18,973 nucleotides of DNA from Candidatus Poribacteria bacterium (GCA_036339735.1 JAYZAL010000076.1:1-18973); one strand, 5' to 3'; shown: positions 1-8,986, counted from the first letter of the stretch. The notes: generated by a model not told the origin, from the letters alone. Made by a program: numbers and translations.

Positions 1-387
1 GGTGGTAATAATGTTGGGGACTTGATGAATGAGAAGGGACTTAACTTTAAGGCGGGTGATATTAACAACCACGATGCTTGGGCCTATGTTGAGTTCGAAG
101 CCAAAGCTGCCAAAGGTGTTGACCTTCACACCGGTAGCGACGATGCTATCAAAGTCTGGTTGAATGGTGAAGTCGTACAGGCTGTTGCTAAAGACCGCGG
201 CGCAGGTGACTTCCAAGAATCTATTCCGGTTGATTTAGTTGATGGTGTTAACCGCCTACTGGTTAAAGTCGGCGAAAGAGGTGGTGGTTGGAGTATGTTT
301 GTCGGGATCGATGCCGTATATACTGTCGTTGCCGTCGAACCAGCTGACAAACTAGCAACTACTTGGGCTACAATTCGAAATCAGTAA
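1..387 (+). CDS. 5'-truncated PA14/galactose-binding-like jelly-roll protein with C-terminal AVEP-x2-KL-x-TTW motif; paralog of 474..1172
   Basis: Frame +1 is open from base 1 (GGNNVGDLMNEKG...), so the true start is upstream of the window. Contains GSDDAIKVWLNG, aligns with the C-terminal half of the next ORF, and is followed by a terminator hairpin. Confidence 0.85.
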   Translation, partial: GGNNVGDLMNEKGLNFKAGDINNHDAWAYVEFEAKAAKGVDLHTGSDDAIKVWLNGEVVQAVAKDRGAGDFQESIPVDLVDGVNRLLVKVGERGGGWSMFVGIDAVYTVVAVEPADKLATTWATIRNQ

Positions 388-420
388 TTTATTGGATAAT
401 TTTTAGACAAGATTCCCAAG

Positions 421-452
421 AGGGGTAGGGCTAAAGTCCTACCCCTTTTTTT
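421..452 (+). terminator. Rho-independent terminator
   Basis: AGGGGTAGGGC-taaa-GTCCTACCCCT stem-loop (one G-U pair) followed by a T-run, 33 nt after the stop at 387. Confidence 0.88.
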
Positions 453-473
453 AATTAAGGAGATTGAATATAG

Positions 474-1172
474 ATGAGAAATTGGAATATTTTCTGTTCT
501 GTTTTGTTAGTTTTTTTTATTTGCAGTTCAAATTTCAGCTTAATTGAAGCTCAAGATAAGATAGAAGGCCCTTGGTATTGGTTAATTGTAGATACCAGTA
601 AAAAAGGTGGTGGTGCTGCAGTTACTAAAGATGATTGGATTAAGGAAGTAACAGGCGGTAAGCTGACGGAAGACAAATTAGCCAAACAGGGAATTACTAA
701 GGAAATCCTTAAGATAAAAAACAAGAACAAGCTGAAATGGACGTCAGGAAAAATTGCTCCGGCAGGTGGTAATAATGTAAACGACACAATAAACAAGATC
801 AAACTTGGTAATGGTGATATAAACAATCATGCTTCTTATGCTATTATCAATTGTGTTTCGAAAGTAGCAAAGAAAGGTGCTTCTGCTAGAGTTGGTAGTG
901 ATGACGGTGTAAAAGTTTGGTTTAACGGGAAAGATGTACACACAAACGCTGTTGATAGAGGTGCTGGTGATTTTCAAGATAACTTTGAGGTCGATATTAA
1001 GAAAGGGGACAATGTCTTGATGGTCAAAGTAACCGAGAAAGGTGGAGGTTGGAGTATGTTTGTTGGCATTGATGCTAAACTAACTTACAACCTAAAATTT
1101 GCAGGCTTAGCCGTTGAGCCAGAATCCAAGTTAACAACTAGCTGGGGAAGTGTAAAAAGACAAAGAAACTAG
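474..1172 (+). CDS. Secreted PA14/galactose-binding-like jelly-roll protein with C-terminal AVEP-x2-KL-x-TSW motif
   Basis: AAGGAG RBS at 457-462; N-terminal signal peptide (MRNWNIFCSVLLVFFICS...IEA|QD); GPWYWL and GSDDGVKVWFNG motifs; ends AVEPESKLTTSWGSVKRQRN. Confidence 0.88.
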   Translation: MRNWNIFCSVLLVFFICSSNFSLIEAQDKIEGPWYWLIVDTSKKGGGAAVTKDDWIKEVTGGKLTEDKLAKQGITKEILKIKNKNKLKWTSGKIAPAGGNNVNDTINKIKLGNGDINNHASYAIINCVSKVAKKGASARVGSDDGVKVWFNGKDVHTNAVDRGAGDFQDNFEVDIKKGDNVLMVKVTEKGGGWSMFVGIDAKLTYNLKFAGLAVEPESKLTTSWGSVKRQRN

Positions 1173-1213
1173 TTGCATAGGTACATAAATCTTACATTTT
1201 ATGAAGGTCAAGT

Positions 1214-1246
1214 AAGGGGTAAAGTTTCAAGCTTTACCCTTTTTTT
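1214..1246 (+). terminator. Rho-independent terminator
   Basis: GGGTAAAGTT-tca-AGCTTTACCC hairpin (one G-U pair) followed by a T-run, downstream of the stop at 1172. Confidence 0.85.
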
Positions 1247-1293
1247 ATTGATTATACTAATTTCAGATTAATTAAACTTTTGAGGAGTCAAGA

Positions 1294-2346
1294 ATGGCCA
1301 ATCAACCTATTCGGTATGGTATAGCTGGTCTAGGCCGGTCTGGTTGGAATATTCACGCCAATCAGATTAGATCTCGGTCAGAATCTAAGCTAGTAGCAGT
1401 TGTTGATCCAATCAAAGAACGACGACAGGAGGCGATAGACGAATTTAGCTGTCGAGCTTATGAGAACTTTGAATCAATGTTGGAACACGACGAGTTGGAT
1501 GTAGTCGTGGTAGCCACACCATCAGTGGATCATGCACCTAACTCAATCGCAGCTTTGGAAGCGGGCAAGCATGTCATTTGTGAAAAACCGATGGCAATGA
1601 ATTTGGTCGAAGCTGACTTGATGATTCAGACAGCAGAGAGTTATAACCAGCACTTATTCATTCACCAGAACTACCGATTTCAGGCCATCTTCACTCACCT
1701 GCAAGAAGTTGTCAATTCTGGAGTGCTTGGTGATCTGTACCATATTCGAAACTATAATAGTAACTTTGCTCGTAGGGATGATTGGCAAACCTTGGCCAAA
1801 AATGGTGGAGGAGTGTTGAACAATAAATGTACCCACAATCTGGATATGATCATGCAGCTCATGGGTGGGAAAGTTGAAATGGTTATGGGAGATCTACAAC
1901 AAATTGCTTCCGGTGGCGATGTTGAAGACCATGTTAAAGCTTTTCTGAAAGCTGACAACGGTTGTACGGCTGATATGGAAGTTACCAGTGCTCAAAATAT
2001 TGCGACTCAGTTACCAGCTTGGATTTTGTGTGGAACCACAGGTACATTAACCAATGATGGGAAACAATCAACCATCCGCTGGTTTGACCCATCTGAAGCT
2101 GGTGAAGTCGTGGTAGTTGAAGGCGCTGCAAAAGATCGGGCCTATGGTTCTAGTACTAAGCCTATCGATTGGCAAGAGAAAATAGTTCCCGCCCAAGGTC
2201 CAAATATCGGTAATTTCTACGACAATGTAACTGCTGTTTTACAAGAAGATGCTAAGGTATATGTTACTCCTCAATCTGTTAGGGAAGTTCTAAGGGTGAT
2301 GACGGAAATTAGGCGCGGGACTAATTTTGAAGTGCCTGAAGGTTAA
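1294..2346 (+). CDS. Gfo/Idh/MocA family NAD(P)-dependent oxidoreductase
   Basis: GAGGAG RBS; Rossmann GIAGLGRSG; VVVATPSVDH; GKHVICEKPMA; GGGVLNNKCTHNLD. Confidence 0.93.
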   Translation: MANQPIRYGIAGLGRSGWNIHANQIRSRSESKLVAVVDPIKERRQEAIDEFSCRAYENFESMLEHDELDVVVVATPSVDHAPNSIAALEAGKHVICEKPMAMNLVEADLMIQTAESYNQHLFIHQNYRFQAIFTHLQEVVNSGVLGDLYHIRNYNSNFARRDDWQTLAKNGGGVLNNKCTHNLDMIMQLMGGKVEMVMGDLQQIASGGDVEDHVKAFLKADNGCTADMEVTSAQNIATQLPAWILCGTTGTLTNDGKQSTIRWFDPSEAGEVVVVEGAAKDRAYGSSTKPIDWQEKIVPAQGPNIGNFYDNVTAVLQEDAKVYVTPQSVREVLRVMTEIRRGTNFEVPEG

Positions 2347-2355
2347 TGTTATAAT
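2327..2355 (+). promoter_or_regulatory. Putative sigma70 promoter with extended -10, for 2389..2895
   Basis: TTGAAG (2327-2332), 17 nt spacer, TATAAT (2350-2355) with TG at 2347-2348 (TGnTATAAT). Overlaps the 3' end of the upstream gene. Confidence 0.65.
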
Positions 2356-2388
2356 TTTTCTCGCTTCGTAAACCGTAGGTGACAAATA

Positions 2389-2895
2389 ATGCGGCAAGAT
2401 GAGGGTTGGCTAAAGTCCATTTCTCGAATCAGTAATATAGTAGTACAAATTAACGAGGAACTTCTGAAAAGAGTTTCCTTTGGGAAAATAGACGATGACA
2501 ATGGTGAATCACAAGCTGAAATCATCTGGGAGAAGACGCGAAAATGGCAAAAAAAACAGCTAAAATTGAACGACGGCCATAGCTTTGTCACCCTAGAGTC
2601 CAGTGGCGTTTATGCTCCCAGACTTGCTTATAAACAGAATAAGGATCAACATAAAATCACACTCACTTGCCCAGACCAAATTAGCATTGAACTTGGTCAA
2701 CAAACACTGGAAAAAGTAGCTACACCGAGGGGGCTAGGTATAGCTGTATCATTTGGAGCACTTGCTGGATTAGTAGGTTGGCTCTTAGCCTTCTGCTTAA
2801 ATCGATTTGATTTGTTTTCAAGAGGTCAGAAAGCTGAACCGTCTCTGCCCCAAATCTCCACAAAAGCCATAATACAAGACAAAAAAGTAGAATAA
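2389..2895 (+). CDS. Hypothetical protein with one C-terminal transmembrane helix
   Basis: 168-aa ORF filling the gap between co-directional genes; AGGTGA RBS at 2377-2382; upstream promoter; hydrophobic LGIAVSFGALAGLVGWLLAFCL. No family recognised. Confidence 0.65.
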   Translation: MRQDEGWLKSISRISNIVVQINEELLKRVSFGKIDDDNGESQAEIIWEKTRKWQKKQLKLNDGHSFVTLESSGVYAPRLAYKQNKDQHKITLTCPDQISIELGQQTLEKVATPRGLGIAVSFGALAGLVGWLLAFCLNRFDLFSRGQKAEPSLPQISTKAIIQDKKVE

Positions 2896-2969
2896 AATAA
2901 TCCAAAATTTTTGAACGACATTTGAATTCGAATTAAAAGAAAAAAGATTAGGGCGATCGAAGTAAGCTT

Positions 2970-4247
2970 ATGAAGTTTGGTCTTTTTTATGAGCATCAGA
3001 TTCCTCGACCTTGGGTTAAAGAATCTGAGCACCAGCTGTTTCAAAATGCGCTTAAGCAAGTAGAATTAGCCGATCGGCTCGGCTTCGACTACGTCTGGGA
3101 AGTAGAGCACCATTTTTTAGAGGAATATTCGCACTCATCAGCGCCGGAAGTTTTTTTGGGTGCATGTAGTCAACGTACGAAACAAATCCGAATGGGCCAC
3201 GGGATTATTCTGCATCCACCTGCTTATAACCATCCAGCTCGTATCGCAGAACGGCTGGCTACGTTAGATCTGGTCTCAAATGGTCGAGTGGACTGGGGGA
3301 CAGGTGAATCAGCGTCCCGAATCGAACTTGAAGCTTTCGGTTTGGATCCAGCCAAAAAACGGGACATGTGGACCGAATCTGTTAGAGAAACAGCTAAAAT
3401 GATGACTCAAGATCCTTATCAGGGTTATCAAGGTACTTACTTTTCTATGCCACCGCGAAATGTAGTTCCCAAGCCATTACAGAAGCCACACCCACCCATT
3501 TGGATTGCTTGTTCTAGTCGAGAAACCATTAAGTTCGCTGCTAAAAATGGCATTGGAGCTTTGACTTTTGCCTTCGTCGATCCTGAAGAAGCTAAGAACT
3601 GGGTTGATGACTACTATCACGTTTTCGAGACTGAATGTGAACCAATAGGTCAAACAGTTAACCCAAATGTTGCTATGGTAACAGGTTTTTCATGTCACGA
3701 AGATGAACAAACTGCTTTAAAAAGAGGATTGGAGGGGTTTCGTTTTTTTCAATTTGCCTTAGCTCACTACTACATTAATGGATCTCATGTTCCAGGCCAA
3801 ACCGACATCTGGCAGAACTTTCAAAAACAAGAATCTTCGGGTCAGAAAAACAGCCGGGGCGGTTTAGGTACACCAGCCCAATTGAGAGAGCATCTAGAAA
3901 AGTTTGAAATCGCTGGAGTTGACCAAGTTATTTTTCTACAGCAAGCGGGTAATAACCAACACTCAGATATTTGTGACTCTTTAAAATTATTTGCAGACTC
4001 GGTAATGCCAGACTTTAAAAAACGTGAAAAAATATTAGCAGAGCAGAAAGCCTTGCGATTAGCTCCCGCCATTCGAAAGGCTTTAGAACGTGTTATTCCT
4101 AATAGTCAATTTGATCCGCCATCAGTCGATTCTTACCCAATCTTAAAGCAAAAAGTACAACAGAATAGTAACAATGAGATGAATACTGAACAACCAGCCT
4201 TAGATCCGAAATGGAAATCGGCTATCGAAGGTGGAGATCGCAGGTGA
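2970..4247 (+). CDS. LLM-class (luciferase-like) flavin-dependent monooxygenase
   Basis: MKFGLFYE; ADRLGFDYVWEVEHHF; HPARIAERLATLDLVSNGRVDWGTG; PKPLQKPHPPIWIA. Confidence 0.93.
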   Translation: MKFGLFYEHQIPRPWVKESEHQLFQNALKQVELADRLGFDYVWEVEHHFLEEYSHSSAPEVFLGACSQRTKQIRMGHGIILHPPAYNHPARIAERLATLDLVSNGRVDWGTGESASRIELEAFGLDPAKKRDMWTESVRETAKMMTQDPYQGYQGTYFSMPPRNVVPKPLQKPHPPIWIACSSRETIKFAAKNGIGALTFAFVDPEEAKNWVDDYYHVFETECEPIGQTVNPNVAMVTGFSCHEDEQTALKRGLEGFRFFQFALAHYYINGSHVPGQTDIWQNFQKQESSGQKNSRGGLGTPAQLREHLEKFEIAGVDQVIFLQQAGNNQHSDICDSLKLFADSVMPDFKKREKILAEQKALRLAPAIRKALERVIPNSQFDPPSVDSYPILKQKVQQNSNNEMNTEQPALDPKWKSAIEGGDRR

Positions 4248-5110
4248 GCCGAATCAAACTGGTGGCTATCGACATAGATGGTACGTTACTTGATCCAAAC
4301 GGGGAAATTACACCTCGAACTAAGACGGCAATGGAAGCAGTTGCCAATTTAGACATTCAAATAATAATCTCAACTGGTCGACGATTTTGGACAGCCAGAG
4401 AAAAAGTTATACCTCTTGGTTTACAAGATCTCATTCTTTCTTGTCACAATGGCATCCTGTTAAAACGTTTCAATGGTGAATTGCTGTATCATTGTTTATT
4501 AGATTTAGAAATTGCCAAATCGGTGGTAGATTTCGCGAAGTCAAGAGGTTTATATCCGATCGTATTTGAAAGTGTTGCTGATAATTGTCGAGTTTTAGTA
4601 GAACCTTTTGAATCTATGAAAACAGATTATTTACATGATCAGGAAACCATAGCTTATTTAGAGGAAAGTCAGACGAACACCTGCTTTTTTGATGATCTTA
4701 GCCGACAGATCACGGGACAAATCATCGAGGTCGTATGTGTAATCCCAGCCAAAGAGACAAAAGAGACCTCTCAGGTTTTTGAGCAGTGTTTTGGATCAAC
4801 AATCAAAACGATTGTGGCGACTGTGCCCAACCCCAACCGATCTTTTTTTAGCATCGCAAATTCACAGGCTGGAAAAAGTGGACCACTCAAGTTTTGGGCG
4901 GACCAAAGTGGTATTGACCACCGATCGGTATTGGCCATTGGTGATAATTATAATGACTTAGACATGTTGCAATATGCTGGTATAGGAGTCCTAATGGGAA
5001 ATGCTGATCCTGAATTACAACAGATTGGGTCCAAACTTGGCTTCGAACTGACCGCTCGAAATGACCAAGACGGATTAGCCAAGACCTTAGAAAAGCACCT
5101 ATTATCATAA
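4244..5110 (+). CDS. Cof-type HAD-IIB family hydrolase (phosphatase)
   Basis: Motif I DIDGTLL, motif II STGR, HNG, motif IV GDNYNDLDML, MGNA. Start reassigned from 4211 to GTG 4244 because of the GTGA overlap with the LLM stop and a GGAG RBS at 4233-4236. Confidence 0.92.
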   Translation: MSRIKLVAIDIDGTLLDPNGEITPRTKTAMEAVANLDIQIIISTGRRFWTAREKVIPLGLQDLILSCHNGILLKRFNGELLYHCLLDLEIAKSVVDFAKSRGLYPIVFESVADNCRVLVEPFESMKTDYLHDQETIAYLEESQTNTCFFDDLSRQITGQIIEVVCVIPAKETKETSQVFEQCFGSTIKTIVATVPNPNRSFFSIANSQAGKSGPLKFWADQSGIDHRSVLAIGDNYNDLDMLQYAGIGVLMGNADPELQQIGSKLGFELTARNDQDGLAKTLEKHLLS

Positions 5111-5116
5111 CAGCAG

Positions 5117-8100
5117 ATGTGCCCCAAGATACCGATTACCAAACAACATTTTAGTTCTCGGTTCCACCTTCTCTCCCAATTTATCAGGATAATAGCTTAC
5201 CTTTCGGTTTGTTTATCATTACTAGCCGACGAAGTATACTCAAAGACGATTCAAGTTCCACAACAGCAACTAACGATACAAGCAGCTATAGATCTGAGCG
5301 CAAACGGAGATACAGTTCTAGTAGCCGACGGAATTTATACAGGGTTAGGTAATGTTAATCTAGATTTCAAAGGTAAGTCCATCACAGTTAAGTCTGCTAA
5401 CGGCGCTCAATATTGTATTATCGACTGCCAAAAGATTAGTTCCAGCCGAGGTTTCTTATTCCAGAACCAGGAGAGTCAGAGTTCTGTATTAAATGGTTTT
5501 ACTATCCGGAACGGTAATGTCGTAAACGACAACGGTGGAGGCATTTATTGTATCTCCGCTTCCCCAACGATTATCAGTTGCATTCTAACCCAAAATGTGG
5601 CCGCAGCAGGAGGAGGAATCTTCTGCCAAGATTCAGATGCCATGATTAGTAACTGTTTGATTTTGGAAAATCATGCTAAAGGTGGTGGCGGGATCCAAGC
5701 ACATCAGGGAACACCAACTATCACTGGTTGCCAAATTACTAATAATAAGGCTGAGACTGGTGGTGGAGTTTTTTCAACGCAGGCCTCAGTTGTAGTAACT
5801 AATACTGTTATTTCCAGTAATCAGGCTGATTATGGAGGAGGTGTACTTTGCTGGTCAGATTCACTGATGTTTCTAAATTGTAATACGATAACCGATAATC
5901 AAGCGATGTTTGGTGGTGGAATTTTTTGTAGTAATTCTGATCTACTCTTAGTTAATTCAATTCTGTACAAAAACATAGAAAGCATTGATAATCAAGCCCA
6001 ACAAATGCATTTTGGTAAATCAGGACAACCAATCGTAGTTGACATTTCATATAGTCTGATTCAAGGTGGAAAAACTTCCGTCATCACAGATGAGACAGTC
6101 ACCTTGAAATGGGGAACTGGCAATATTAATGCAGATCCCAAATTTGTGAATCCTACCACTGGTGACTACCGCTTACAAGATGAATCGCCAGCTATAGGTA
6201 GTGGGATCAAAGATGAAAGTATGCCAACAGTAGATATTGAGGGACAAGATAGGCCATTTCCGAGCCAAACTCAACCTGATCTTGGAGCTTATGAACATGG
6301 TCGAGGCCAAAGGCTTGAGACTCAGCCGATTGAAACCGAAACTTTTCCGGATGTATTGATTGATACTAGCAAAGGAAAAATTCGACTCACTGTTTATCCT
6401 GAGTCCGCACCATTGACAGTCCAAAATTTCTATAAGCTTATCCGGCAACAATTTTATGACGGACTAACCTTCCACCGTTATGTACCATTGTTTGTGATTC
6501 AAGGTGGCTGTCCACTAGGTAATGGGACCGGAGGACCAGGCTGGACAATCAAAGGTGAATTTCAGAATCCTAAGTTGAAAGCTAAAATGCCCGAACATAC
6601 CCGAGGTGTTTTAGCTATGGCTAGATCAACACACCCAGATTCAGCTGGGAGTCAGTTTTATATTTGTTTAGCTGATGCTCCACACTTAGACGGTAGCTAC
6701 ACGGCTTTTGGTAGGGTCGTAGGTGAGGGAATGACAGTAGTAGATGAATTGCGTCAAGGGGATAAAATGCTATCAGTCCGACTCATGGAAGAGGTTACTG
6801 AGGTTCTGTTACCAACAAAAATGACGATTACTCCGCAAAAGAATAGTTTGCCAGCGGACGGCAAATCAGTTACTCCTATTGATATTACGATTTTGGATCA
6901 GAATGGTAATGGATTAGCTAACCAAAAAATCGAGCTGGAAACTAGTTTGGGTTATGTTTCGTTGGTGGAAGATCATGAGGATGGCACCTACACGATAAAA
7001 TATACAGCCGGAACTGAAAAAGGGCAGGAAAACCTGATTGTCAAAACCGATGGCCCAATAGGTATGAGCCTAATCAGATTGACCGAACCGATGCGACCAA
7101 TGAAAATGAAAGTAGTCGTTACTGATAGGTCATTACCTGCAGATGGGAAATCAACGACAAAAGTTGAGATATCTATATTCGATCAAATGGACAAAGGGCT
7201 AGCAGGTCAACAAATTGAAATGTTAGCTACTACAGGAACCTTGACGGATTTAGTAGATAATGGGAATGGGACCTATACTGCTACCTACATTAGCGGAACC
7301 GAAATTGGGTCAGCCCAACTGAGCTTAAAAACCGATAATGAACAACTCAGTCAAGTTACTGTTCGACTCTTTGAACCTATTGTCTTGTCAAAAGGTGAGT
7401 TTAAAGTGGAAATTGAGAATCCAGTACAGTCTGTCCAAATTGGCGATCAACCCCAGACGGAAATTACGGTTTTGGCCAAGGATGGGTTTTCCGACACGGT
7501 TTTCTTATTCTTAGCTGGTCTCCCAAAGGGTATTTCCGCTCAAATCCAACCTCTTTCGGTTGTTATCAACGAAGAAAACAAACAAGCCAGCGCCATGCTC
7601 CAGCTCACTATTAGCCCGGATGCAGAAACAACGGGGCGAGCTTTTATTCTTTTAGCTACGGGTTCAGATACTGGCCAAACAAGACGGAAACAAATGACCG
7701 TAATTGTGTCCCCATCAACGAAGCCCTTTACTCTTATGGACCTCAAGATAACTCCTACTGATCCAACCGTTGGTCAGTCAGTTTTGATTTCGGCACATCT
7801 TACTATACAGCCAATTAAAACGATTGTATCTCCTCTACCAAAAGTAGATCAACTATCACTGAAATTGTTATTGGCTGATCCACACGAGAAATCCATTCAA
7901 CATCGGGCCCAAACGAATGCAGAAGGAAAAATCGAGTTTTGGCAATTGGTAGAGAATTCAGGACGCTGGAAGGTTAGTGCACATTTTGATGGAACGGACT
8001 TAATCAAACCCATCGTAAAGGAAACAACATTTTTGACTGAATCAGCGGAGACAAATCTAAAATGGGGGACTCCTGCAAAAATAACTTTGGGGCAAGAAGT

Positions 8101-8986
8101 TAAGATCAGTGGATATCTTCGTCTGAAAAATTCACCTCATACAGGAATAGTCAATCAATTTGTTGACTTAACTGCATTTCTACCGGAAACTTCGGAAACA
8201 ATTACCTTTCGAGTTCAAACTAATATGGATGGTTATTTTGAGCAACCAGTCCTAGCTGACCAAGCAGGTATTTGGGAATTGACCGTGAACTGGCCAGGTA
8301 ATAGGAACTACCAAAAATCCAATAACCATCGTCAATTATCAGTCATTTTACCCTCTAAAAAACCTGAGTTAGTCGGGGATGCCAATGGAGATGGGATGAC
8401 CAATATTTTCGATTTAGTTATGGTAGCTGGCCAATTTGGATTGACTGGACCGAATTTAGCTGGAGATATTAATAAAGACAATCTGATAAATATCTTTGAT
8501 TTAGTCTTGGTTGCTAATAATTTTGGCCAAGCGTTATCTGGTGCACCGAATCAGATAAACCTAACGTTGACTAGCCAACAAACAAATCGGTTAGCAAAAG
8601 TAATAAAGCAGTTACAGAACAAAATCGATTTATCAGTAATTGAAGCTGGAATTTTAGAATTGCTAATACACTTTGTTCAACAACAGACTCCCGATGTAAC
8701 AAAATTACTGACGAATTACCCTAACCCATTTAACCCAGAAACTTGGATTCCCTTTCAGTTAAGTAACAATTCGATTGTGACGATCACAATTTATAGCATC
8801 GAGGGATATTTGGTTCGGCAGTTCAACCTAGGACAAAAATTGGCTGGTCGTTATTTAAGCCAAAAACAAGCTGTTTACTGGAATGGAAAATCACAAACAG
8901 GTGAGTCTATGGGCAGCGGAACCTACTTTTACCAATTGCAGGCAGGCGACTACATAGAAGTACGAAAAATGTTAATTTTAAAATAA
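5117..8986 (+). CDS. Large secreted multidomain protein: right-handed beta-helix + cyclophilin PPIase + 2 invasin-type Ig + further Ig-like domains + dockerin-like + FlgD/T9SS-type-A-like C-terminal domain
   Basis: Hydrophobic signal region (IIAYLSVCLSLLA); TIQAAID/GDTVLVADGIY and repeated GGGI-x-C beta-helix motifs; FHRYVPLFVIQGG...SQFYI...FGRV cyclophilin (~6350-6787); LPADGKS...DGTYT twice; paired GDxNxD-xx-NIFDLV motifs (8375-8527); NYPNPFNPETWIPFQL...YWNGK...GTYFYQL...RKMLILK (8705-8983). Confidence 0.9.
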   Translation: MCPKIPITKQHFSSRFHLLSQFIRIIAYLSVCLSLLADEVYSKTIQVPQQQLTIQAAIDLSANGDTVLVADGIYTGLGNVNLDFKGKSITVKSANGAQYCIIDCQKISSSRGFLFQNQESQSSVLNGFTIRNGNVVNDNGGGIYCISASPTIISCILTQNVAAAGGGIFCQDSDAMISNCLILENHAKGGGGIQAHQGTPTITGCQITNNKAETGGGVFSTQASVVVTNTVISSNQADYGGGVLCWSDSLMFLNCNTITDNQAMFGGGIFCSNSDLLLVNSILYKNIESIDNQAQQMHFGKSGQPIVVDISYSLIQGGKTSVITDETVTLKWGTGNINADPKFVNPTTGDYRLQDESPAIGSGIKDESMPTVDIEGQDRPFPSQTQPDLGAYEHGRGQRLETQPIETETFPDVLIDTSKGKIRLTVYPESAPLTVQNFYKLIRQQFYDGLTFHRYVPLFVIQGGCPLGNGTGGPGWTIKGEFQNPKLKAKMPEHTRGVLAMARSTHPDSAGSQFYICLADAPHLDGSYTAFGRVVGEGMTVVDELRQGDKMLSVRLMEEVTEVLLPTKMTITPQKNSLPADGKSVTPIDITILDQNGNGLANQKIELETSLGYVSLVEDHEDGTYTIKYTAGTEKGQENLIVKTDGPIGMSLIRLTEPMRPMKMKVVVTDRSLPADGKSTTKVEISIFDQMDKGLAGQQIEMLATTGTLTDLVDNGNGTYTATYISGTEIGSAQLSLKTDNEQLSQVTVRLFEPIVLSKGEFKVEIENPVQSVQIGDQPQTEITVLAKDGFSDTVFLFLAGLPKGISAQIQPLSVVINEENKQASAMLQLTISPDAETTGRAFILLATGSDTGQTRRKQMTVIVSPSTKPFTLMDLKITPTDPTVGQSVLISAHLTIQPIKTIVSPLPKVDQLSLKLLLADPHEKSIQHRAQTNAEGKIEFWQLVENSGRWKVSAHFDGTDLIKPIVKETTFLTESAETNLKWGTPAKITLGQEVKISGYLRLKNSPHTGIVNQFVDLTAFLPETSETITFRVQTNMDGYFEQPVLADQAGIWELTVNWPGNRNYQKSNNHRQLSVILPSKKPELVGDANGDGMTNIFDLVMVAGQFGLTGPNLAGDINKDNLINIFDLVLVANNFGQALSGAPNQINLTLTSQQTNRLAKVIKQLQNKIDLSVIEAGILELLIHFVQQQTPDVTKLLTNYPNPFNPETWIPFQLSNNSIVTITIYSIEGYLVRQFNLGQKLAGRYLSQKQAVYWNGKSQTGESMGSGTYFYQLQAGDYIEVRKMLILK
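6815..7336 (+). repeat. Tandem intragenic duplication of an invasin/Big_1-type Ig domain (6815-7051 and 7100-7336)
   Basis: Both copies read K-M-x7-SLPADGKS-x-T...D-Q-x3-GLA-x-Q-x-IE...D-x3-GTYT-x2-Y-x2-GTE-x-G...KTD, with a period of 285 nt (95 aa). Confidence 0.85.

Noticed and set aside
4211-4243. Longer ATG start for the HAD hydrolase
   Set aside because: It gives a 37-nt overlap with the LLM gene. GTG 4244 has an RBS and a GTGA coupling overlap, and places motif I at the usual N-terminal position.
5510-5960. Periodic GGT/GGA-rich stretches as a DNA repeat array or CRISPR
   Set aside because: They are explained by beta-helix GGG[IV] protein repeats; there are no identical nucleotide repeats with unique spacers.
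5117-8986. Type V autotransporter or inverse autotransporter (Pmp/invasin) call
   Set aside because: No N- or C-terminal beta-barrel translocator domain is visible; the C-terminus is dockerin-like plus a FlgD/T9SS-like domain.
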